From: Octopus vulgaris
Lineage: Eukaryota
DNA length: 64,000 nucleotides
Assembly (NCBI GenBank): GCA_951406725.2
Contig: OX597817.1
Location: 155,558,001 to 155,622,000 of the forward strand
Direction of reading: 5' to 3'
In this document: in pieces, positions 54,300 to 64,000 of the stretch
How positions within the stretch are numbered: position 1 is the first letter of the stretch
Layout of the letters: the number at the start of each line of letters is the position of its first letter
Notes under the pieces: model-generated
Told to the model about the DNA's origin: nothing
Seen by the model: the letters and a program-made list of their open reading frames with translations, nothing else
Database searches by the model: none
Position numbers and translations under genes: made by a program

Positions 54300-56771
54300 G
54301 TATATATATAGTCTCTATTTAATTGTATTTTCTGCAATTAGCTATTATTAACTGTTATATTCTCCAAAATCTGAAAGAGATTGTTTTGTGAATGTATATG
54401 TACATGCATGTATTTCTATTAAATTTTGTTTATCGTATACCTTATGTTATTTATTGTAAGACTTATATTTTTATTGCATTTTGGATTGTATATTTTTATA
54501 TTACTGATATTTTTTTGTATACTCAATCGGTAGCTTACCCAGTTTTTATCTAAATAACTTGCAAAAGAAAAAGCAAAAGTTTTAAAACAAAAATGAAGAA
54601 ATTTCTTTCACTGAATAACCTTAGTAACCATTGATAAAAATAATCTGGACTTGCAAAGTATCATAATTTCTAAACTATCTGAGAATATACTCAAGCAATA
54701 GATTTTTTTTTTTAAAATCTAATTATTCAGTGATTCTATATGTTGGATAAGGATGACTGATAAGTTGTGGTGCAATACACACACACCAAACAACAAAACA
54801 AAAAACAAATCTATGAACATAAGGAGCAAGAAATGGCTAGCTGTTTTATGCTGTCTAGTTCAGCGAATCAAAGTTCTGGTGTGTTCAAAGTGACTTTTTT
54901 GCTTTCATAACCTTTGGAGCTGAGAGATTATGTATCAGTCGTACACTGAGGTAGATTTGATGTTTTCCATGCTTTTCCTTAAAAGAAAAAATTAAAATTA
55001 AAAAAATGGATTTTAAGGAATCCTTATTAATTGAAATTGTCATTCATTCTATATTGAAAGCTACTCTTATAACATGCAGAGATATTGGATATTCTAAAAC
55101 TAGAATACATGTAGGAAACCCCACAAAACATAGGAAACCCCACAAAACATGTAAAAATATGATAGGTGCATCATGGCTGTGTGGTAAGAAGTTTGCTTCC
55201 CAACCACATGGTTCCAGGTTCAGTCACACTGCATGGCATTTTGGGCAAACTGTCTTTTTACTATCACCTTGAGCTGACCAAAGTCTTGTGAGTAGGCTGG
55301 GTACAAAAACTTATTCCCTTTAGCATTCAGGTTTCTTTGTCAAATATAATTTTTTTTTTTTTTTTTTTTTTTTACTACCCAGAAGGGGCTAAACACAGAG
55401 GGGACAAACAAGGACAGACAAATGGATTAAGTCAATAATATCGACCCCAGTGCGTAACTGGTACTTATTTAATCGACCCCGAAAGGATGAAAGGCAAAGT
55501 CGACCTCGGCGGAATTTGAACTCAGAAGGTAGCGGCAGACGAAATACCGATAAGCATTTCGCCCGGTGTGCTAACGATTCTGCCAACTCGCCTTTGTCAA
55601 ATATAATGCTTATTCATTTACATTGTTTTAAATTAACCATGCATTATTTTGTAGCTTCAAGATTTCAATGGTGTGTCTGTATATTTTTAGATTGACATTG
55701 TAGGGTAGGTGTGAGAGGTTGGACCTGTTCAGTTTTAACATAAGACAGATCGAATATTTGGGTCAGATATGGCAGATTACATGCTAAAGGGTTAAGGAAG
55801 CCCATTGTGCGTGTGTGTGTGTGTGCATGCATGCATATGGGTGTGTTTGTGTCTCCTTGTCTTGACATGGCTTGATAGAAGTAAATGTGTGTTACTGTCA
55901 TACAGGCAGTGTTATTCATTTCCAATAAACTCCATCTGACCCATGCAAGCACATGGAAAAGTGGATGTTAAATAATAAAGATGTAATTAGCTTTGCTCTA
56001 AGATAATTTCGCAAGTTATGACATCTAGCTAGAAGAAACGAGCCCTAACAACCTAAGGGTTGTGACTTCAGCCAATTAGGGTCTGATATAGCTTCTGTAC
56101 AGACACACTGTACAGAACCAGACATACTCTCTTTGTTAAGAAGGATATTTATATGACAAATTGTTACCATACACTGAGCATTTGAAAAAAGGCTAATTAG
56201 AAATAATTAATTATTGAAGAAAAGAAAATATTAATCAATGACTAATATTATTTTAATTATCCTGGCAAATACAGGAAATAGCCCAGAGTGTGCTTTAGTC
56301 TTAGTAGACTACAGTGAAGTATAGATTTTATCATACATGCTGAAGGAGTGATGAGAGAATCACTAAAGTAGACGAGATGTATAATAATGATGAGTAGACA
56401 TTAAAATTAGCATATTTCAGAATATATATATTCTTTCTGATAAAGGTACAGGGACTGAAGTTTTGAGGGAGATGGAGTGGGGTCAGTCAATTATAGTGGG
56501 ATTTGAATTCAGAACATAATGCTAGAATAAATGCTGCTCAGCATTTTGTTCAGTGTGGAAATGATTCTACCAGTTCACCACCTTATCTTAAGAAATATAT
56601 ATTTCAAATTTTGGCACAAGGCCAGCAATTTTGAGGGAAGGGTATGTCGATTACTCCAGTTTTCAAATGGTTCTTATTTTATCGACCCTGAAAGGATGAA
56701 AGGTAAAGTTGACCTCGGTGGAATTTGAACTCCAGACGTAAAGATGGATGATATGCTATTAAGCATTTTGC

Positions 56772-56813
<42 letters not shown>

Positions 56814-56904
56814 CATGCATGTGGATGTATTTGTGTCCTAATCTTGAGAAATATATTGGCTAGAAAAATTAGTCAGAGATGCTATGCACATGAAAAACAA
56901 ATAC

Positions 56905-57880
56905 CAGAATATACATTTGATGGATATTTGTCCTCATCTTGTTTGTTGTTAACACGTTTCAGCTGATATACCCTCCAGCCTTCATCAGGTGTCTTGGGGA
57001 AATTTTGAACCTGGTATTTCTAAGGTATTTTTTGATGCTATTATTATTATTAAGTTCACTACTTGGAATCAAACTTGGAATCTTGGGTTTAGTAGCACTC
57101 TTAACCACTATGCCATATGCCCATGCACAATTATGGAGTGAATTTTAGGGCTTATAAATCTAATATTTTTCTATTCTTCCTTAATACTGGTTCCCATGTG
57201 CTATTCATATCTGCACTCGGTCTGCTTGGGAGCTTGTGTCCTAGCATATGTACTGCTTCTTTTAGTTTTCGTATTTTCCAATGATGTTCACTGTCTATTA
57301 TTTTAACTTCATCCCACAGGGGGAAGTGGTCTCCATTTTTCCATATATGATCAACTATACCCAATTTATCAATATCTTCTCATAGCACAGCTTTGTGATG
57401 TTCATCTACCCTTATTTTGAGGTGGTGGGATGAAGCTAAAATAATAGACAGAGAACTGGAAAATATGAAACCTAAAAGAAGCAGCACTTATTGCTAGGAT
57501 ACAACAATCTCCTAAGCAGACTGAGTGCAGATATGAGTAGCATATGGGAACCGGTATTAAGAAAGGTTAGGAAAATATTAGATTTATAAGCCCTAAAATT
57601 CACTACATAATTGCCCATGGGCATATGGCATAGTGGTTAAGAGTGCAAAATACTAACCCCAAGATTCCAAGTTCGATTCCAAGCAGTGACCTGAATAATG
57701 ATAATAATAATAATAATAATAGCATTGAAAAATACCTTAGGAATGAGAACTCAGGTTCAAAAATTTCCTCACGACACCTGATGAAGGCTGGAGGGTATAT
57801 CAGCTGAAACATGTTAACAACAAACAAGATGAAAACAAATATTCGTTAAATGTAAATAATGTACATAATTCCTCATCTCC
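56905..57880. mobile_element. Penelope-like retroelement 3' end with inverted pseudo-LTR and GIY-YIG C-terminal remnant
   Basis: Minus-strand LKIRVDEHHKAV..GIVDHIWKNGDHFPLWDEVKIIDSEHHWKIRKLKEAVHM resembles the PLE GIY-YIG domain. ~420-bp inverted arms (56905-57320 vs 57422-57865), each with a CTGATGA..GAAAC motif. Confidence 0.8.
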
Positions 57881-58431
57881 TTTCAAAACCAATTGAAATT
57901 CCACATTTAAAAACCAATTGAAATTCCACATTTAAAAACATTCCTATTTCTGTTTGACATAAATTTTTCGATCTTCATAACTTTGTATAGGTGCAGGAGT
58001 GGCTGTGTGGTAACTAGCTTGCTAACCAACCACATGGTTCCGGGTTCAGTCCCACTGCGTGGCATCTTGGGCAAGTGTCTTCTGCTATAGCCCCGGGCCG
58101 ACCAATGCCTTGTGAGTGGATTTGGTAGACGGAAACTGAAAGAAGCCTGTCGTATATATGTATATATGCCTGTGTGTGTCTGTGTTTGTCCCTCTAGCAT
58201 TGCTTGACAACCGATGCTGGTGTGTTTACGTCCCCATCACTTAGCGGTTCGGCAAAAGAGACCGATAGAATAAGTACTGGGCTTACAAAGAATAAGTCCC
58301 GGTGTCGATTTGCTTGACTAAAAAAAGGCGGTGCTCCAGCATGGCCGCAGTCAAATGACTGAAACAAGTAAAAGAGAGAGAGAGAGAGAGTATCACAAAG
58401 ATTTTGATGGCTTTTTGATTTCTTTCCATAA

Positions 58432-61330
58432 CACTAGGCAACAAAATTTTTGCTACTATTAGATGAAATGATGCTCATAGGTAATTTGGGAGAGCTGATT
58501 CTGAACCTGTAATCATTTTTGCTCTGGCACGTCATGTTTTTGTGCTATCATTATTATATTGCTATCAAAATTATAATAATGTGAAAATTCATGACAAATA
58601 AAATGAATGTTAAACCTAAATTACTGTTATTTGGTATAAGAACAGTAGCAACTAGATGGACAAATAGCTCTAAAACCAATAAAACACAAAACAAGAGTGT
58701 AAAGTGAATATTATTAATTCTATGTTTTTCAAAAATAGCTTTGGCATCTTCTTTTATGCTTATGTTGCATGTCCGTTTCTCATTTTAAAAACCATCAGTG
58801 GTCTATCAGCACATTTGGTGTAAGTCTGCCACTGTAGCGGCTTTCTAACTTTTTGATTTCTTGATGAAATTGTTCACCATGCTCATTGCTTACATCACCC
58901 ATATTGGGTGGAGAAAAGTCAAGATGAGAGTGGAGAAAATGAAATTTGAGAGACATTCTTGCCCAATGTTGCTTATAAGCTTTCAAAAAAATCATTCACA
59001 ATTGCAACGTGGTTAGATGAATTTTTCATTTCCCAAAAATTTTTTACATGCGAAACAAACTTTTCCAAGCAGTTTTCTCTACCGGGCTTAATTTTTCTTG
59101 AAAAAGCTCATCACAAATTGGTGTGCGAATTTCTGGTCCATTAAAAACACCAGCTTTGGTCTTAGCTTCTCTTGCTAGAAACAAATTTTTCACTGAGATA
59201 TTTGAATCTTTCACCATCTTCATTCATGGCCTTAACAAAATTCTTAAACAAGTTTAAATGTTCTGAGGGTCAACTAAAGAGATATATTTAACATTGTATC
59301 TCCCTGGAGTGAAGTCACTTCTCTTTGGCCACTCTTTTTGGTCATCATGATGCTCTTTTTGGTCATCATGATGCACAAAAAGCACTGATGCTTTGTACAT
59401 CCCATTTGCAACCCAAGAAGTAAACCAATAACTTTCAAGTCCCCGCATATATTCCATTTGTGCCCAGAATATTTAATCAAGTGCAAAATTTTATCCATTG
59501 ATTCACAAGTTTCCTTTAATCCTACAGCATGTGTTAGTAGTATTGAAGGTCTTTGATTGCCATTATGCAGCAAAATAGCTTTTAGGTTTGCTTTGCTGGA
59601 ATCTTTGAAGAGTCTCCATTCTTCAGGATTATAGCCATACCCCATCTCACATAGGGTTCCTTCAACATTACAACAAAAGCAAATACTGTCTTTCTCCATA
59701 AAAGATTCATGCAATTCTCTATGCTGTTTTAAAAAATACGAGCATTTTACACCATCGTGTAAAAGATTCCATTGTTTCAATCTGGAGCCCAGTAGTTCTG
59801 ACTTTTCTTTTGTTAAATCCAAGTCTCTAACTAAATCATTTAACTCAAGTTGACTTAATAAATGAGGAACTTTTTTTGAAGATCCTGGTTCATCATAGTG
59901 ATCTGCTGTACCACTCAACACACCTTCAATTGAAGTAGATGTAGTACTTTCTTCTCTTAAACTATCTTTTTTAAAAGATGGAGGTTCTGGAATTGGAATA
60001 TTTTCAGGAGCATGAGCAACTGGTTTTAAAGCTGAAGAGCAATCCGGATAAACAATCTTGGATTAGTTCTTCTTAGAGAAACCTGTGATGTCAGTTAAGC
60101 AGAAATAACAATCGGTATTGTGGTTTGTTGGTTTGCGCCATATCATTGGTGCTGCAAATGGCATACTTTTCAGCCATTTTTCATACCATTCAGCCATTGG
60201 GTTAGTGCTATGTAGCAGTTTTTGCATCAAACATGAGGTGCCCACACTTTATCTTGGTCCCCAACTTTGCACCCAAAGCAAAGCTTGTAAGCATTTAAAA
60301 ATTTCTCTGTAAGTTTATTTCTCTGATCTTTTGGCATAAAGTAACAAAAGCTGTCCAGGTGATTAACACAAACTTTTATGCTCATCCTAAATACATACAG
60401 TAATAACCTAACTCAATATTGAAGGAAACCTGTCAGTAAACTGAAATATAAAATTAATCAACTGTAAATGTAACTGTAAAACATAAAAATATATTTCTCA
60501 AAAAAAAAAAACATTGAAATTATTATAGAATGTACTGAAGCTATGGCTATCAGGAAACAATTTTTTCCATCTCTAAATTTCAAACATTGATCACTTTAAT
60601 AAATAACTAAACTTACTACTAAACTACTTTTCATATAACCTGGCTCTCTTATTTGATGAACTTTGTTTTAACTGCTCTAGCAGTTATAAAGAAAAGGGAG
60701 TCCGAGTGGCTTACTATAATCTAATATCAATAGCCCACTGTGAGGAGAACTTCACTATAATTACTGCGATAACAAAGTAAATAAATTCTAATCTTGTGTG
60801 GCAATTTAACAAGTAGCTTACGTTTCCCTCTATCAGCACTTATTTTTGTTTCAGTTGCCAGCCTCGCCTGGCCCCCGTGCTGGTGGCACGTAAAAAGCAC
60901 CATCCGTCCGTGGCTGTTTGCCAGCTCCGTCTGGCACCTGTGCGGGTGGCACGTAAAAAGCACCCACTACCCTCACGGAGTGGTTGGTGTTAGGAAGGGC
61001 ATCCAGCCGTAGAAACACTGCCAGATCAGACTGGGCCTGATGCAGCCTTCTGGCTTCACAGACCCCAGTTGAACTGTCCAACCCATGGTAGCATGGAAAG
61101 CGGACGCTAAATGATGATGATGATGAGTATACGAATGAAAATTGAAAGCAAATAGCCTACTACTTTGACAATATTATCAATTGGTCATAAAATCTGATGC
61201 TGTGAATAACTAAACAATTACACATACTGTCTGAAAAATGATGTCAGATTTGGATTCAGCACCCTAAAATTACCCTCAGCTAAAAAAAAGTTTAAATAGC
61301 ATAACAAAATATTATTCTTGTTGCTCAGTG
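58432..61330 (-). mobile_element. Full-length decayed Chapaev3 (CMC) DNA transposon
   Basis: Termini CACTAGGCAACAA / TTGTTGCTCAGTG with TAA TSD. Transposase remnants MPFAAPMIWRKPTNHNTDCYFC, ELNDLVRDLDLTKEKSELLGSRL, EWRLFKDSSK..LKAILLHNGN, WNICGDLKV, KFHFLHSHLDF..EHGEQFHQ (~60385-58760). Frameshifts present, SINE C inserted at 60848-61126. Confidence 0.85.
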
Positions 61331-62488
61331 TAATTAAGGTCATTTAACCCTTTTGATACCATATTTCTGTTGAGATGTTCTGTGTTTCTTTCAGTTAATT
61401 TTAATACATTGGCTCTCACATGTCCTGCCGGTGGGTTGTGATGGTGTGTTAGTGAGTCCTGCATGACCCACCAGTGGGTGGTTTTTTAAATTTCCTTCCT
61501 ATGTGCTTTCTGAGAGTTGGTATGCTCCAATTGCTTTGATTTGTGCTTTTGCTACCCGAAGAGAATAATTTTTTATAGATTTTTATATTCTTTTTTCATT
61601 TTTCTTGTGATTTCACCATGTAATGAGGTAAATTAGAAGACTGAGTATTGAGAAAATTTTATTTGCCATTGAAACAAAAATAACTAGTGCTTTTTGAAAA
61701 AATTGGTGGATTTTCCAATAGAAACAGAAGAGAATGAAAATGTTTTACTTGCCATGGAAACCGAAATAGTTCTTTTTGAAAAGATTTCATGATTTTCCAA
61801 TAGAAAATATCCAAAACTTTTAATTGACCACAGGTAGGTCGTGTGGTGTCTAGGATGTGACATGAACTAAGTTATCTGGTGGGACATGAATATCTAACAC
61901 TACCTATATGATCCCTGCCTCAAGTCGTTTACCTCTTTAGAATTGAAACTGGCCATATCTGTTCCCAATATCCTACATGTTTTATGTCAAAACTGGCTAG
62001 ATCAGATCTCTCACACCTGCCCTATAATGTCGTTCTAAAAATAAACAAGCACATCATCAAAATCTCAAAGCTATGAGATAATGCAATGCGTGATTAATTA
62101 ATTAATTGATTCAAAGCAATGTGAATAAATAAGCATTACATTTGACAGAGCTGTTGTCATGCTAAAGGATTAAGGCATGACAATTAAACTTGCTTCATTA
62201 TATTTTAAATATTTTGATTATGTCTTCTGTTTCCTTCCATAATTAAGACAGCTGAATGTGTAACACTTGAACACATTGGGACAAGCGGGGAAAATATTAC
62301 AGATAATATTAGTCATTAGCTAATATTGTTTTTACCTCACTGCATAATTATTTCTACTTAGCTTTTTGCGGGCCATTGCTTTTAATATGTTATTAACTTA
62401 GCAATTGATTTTTCATACAAATGGTGCCACTGAGTAATATCCTTCATTAATTTGTAACATGTTTATATGACAGTCAGTATCCAGAATG

Positions 62489-62634
<146 letters not shown>

Positions 62635-63074
62635 CTGATGGTGTAAATTTGATAATTAGTATTTGAATGAAACACACCAGAGAATATAATTTGAATGAAA
62701 TCCATTTAATTGTATATAACTCTAAATTGTTTTAGAGAGAGGCTAGAAATATATTCCTGTCTGTGTTTGTTTTTATTTACTTGTCTAGTAATGAAATTTT
62801 ACAGGAAGGTATTCATTCAAGAAATGTGTTGTCCTTCACTACTAGATATCTTGTTCAACTGCATAACGAAGCTCCTTCATTGAACTGGGAGCCATTATAA
62901 ATAGTTCTGAACACGTGACCATTGGGCTGAGTCACATAACACAGCAAATGTGTAAAATACGCAAGCTATAACAACTCAACTGTCATAGCTCACTTCTTTT
63001 CACATTGCATTTAACTGCTGGTATATCATATTTTTAAACACTTGCTGCTTGGGCATGGACTATTTTTTAAACAC

Positions 63075-63270
63075 ACCTAGAGATGTGGAAGCCAGCTGCA
63101 CTTGTTTCAGAAGCCAGCTGCACTTGTAGAATCTAGCTCCACTTGCTGTAGAATACAGCTTCACTTGTAGAAGCCAATTACAATTGTAGAAACCAGTTGC
63201 ACTTGATGTAGAAGCTAGATGCACCTGTAGAAGTCAGCTGCTCTTGTAGAAACCAGTTACTCTTGTTGTA
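63075..63270. repeat. Degenerate minisatellite, 19-22 bp unit TGTAGAAGCCAGCTGCACT, about 9 copies
   Basis: Direct tandem units visible. Confidence 0.8.
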
Positions 63271-63419
63271 TCTCATGATAATAGCATCTAGCTTCTCCGT
63301 ACTCCATTGCTCCAAAAGCCACTGAAATATCACAAAAAGAATGATGACTTCGTTTCCTCACAGAATGATGTCACTAAATGATTGATTTTTTTCCAAATTT
63401 CTGCATATAAGAATTTACT

Positions 63420-63735
63420 GGAGGTGCAATGGCCCAGTAGTTAGGGCAGCGAACTCATGGTCAGAGGATCGTGGTTTCAATTCCCAGACTGGGTGTTGTG
63501 TGTGTTTTTTGAGCGAAAACACCTAAAGCTCCATGAGGCTCCGGCAGGGGGTGGTGGCGACCCCTGTTGTACTCTTTTGCCCCAACTTTCTCTCACTCTC
63601 TCTTCCTGTTTCTTGAGTAATGCTGCGATGGACTGGCGTCTCGTCCAGCTGGGGTGGGGAACTCATACGCCACAGAAACCGGGAAACCGGGCCCATGAGC
63701 CTGGCTAGGCTTGAAAAGGGCGAACAAAAAAAAAA
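63420..63735 (+). mobile_element. SINE family D, tail variant 3
   Basis: Same head as 21659/45051, poly-A end, 11-bp TSD aagaatttact (63409-63419 / 63734-63744). Confidence 0.85.
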
Positions 63736-64000
63736 GAATTTACTAAGAGAAATAATTCTAAGCACAGACATGGCTGTGTGGTCAAGCAGTTTATTTCCAA
63801 ACCCTGCAGCTTGATTTCAGTCCCATTGTATGACAGCTTAGGCATGTGTCTTCTACTATAGCCCTGAGCTAATTGAACCCATGTAAATGGATTTCTTTTG
63901 GCTTTTATTTTTGTGGGATTCAGCCAGTATACAGAACAAGCACACTGATTGTGTGGAAGTTTTTTTTGTGTGTTCTTTCATTGATATGTCTGTATGCATA

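Noticed and set aside
54755-54795. CTGATAA..gtg..cac..CAAAC hammerhead-like relic
   Set aside because: Two core changes and no convincing stem I or III
57885-57938. Short local duplications (25 bp here, 19 bp at ~55112-55150)
   Set aside because: Ordinary slippage or repair duplications with no further structure

Overview
Eukaryotic (metazoan) genomic DNA: AT-rich, packed with (TA)n/(CA)n microsatellites, tRNA-derived SINEs and decayed LINE/DNA transposons. From memory, the repeat families look like those of Octopus/coleoid cephalopods (not verified by search). The one convincing host gene is a WNK-family kinase on the minus strand. Its first large coding exon (31037-30045) runs from a 290-aa disordered N-terminus into kinase subdomains I-II ([11 protein letters not shown]...VAWCELQ) and a GTAAGC donor. 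I could not find the next exon, so 1-30044 is probably one very long intron. Positions 1-3026 duplicate 10108-13145 next to a 100-N gap, probably an assembly or haplotype artefact. Recognisable elements: a full-length decayed Chapaev3 transposon, maT and mariner remnants, two non-autonomous Helitrons, GG..CC MITEs with 8-bp TSDs (two carry TTAGGG tracts), TTAA and TA MITEs, RTE/CR1 LINE remnants, a 28S rRNA fragment and several Penelope-like (PLE) remnants. The most notable hidden signal is a set of about eight minimal type-I hammerhead-ribozyme-like motifs in different sequence contexts, several in short islands inside (TA)n arrays. Two keep a nearly complete fold (21272-21348, 27998-28045). 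Repeat boundaries were read by eye and are approximate to a few tens of bp unless TSDs are quoted.
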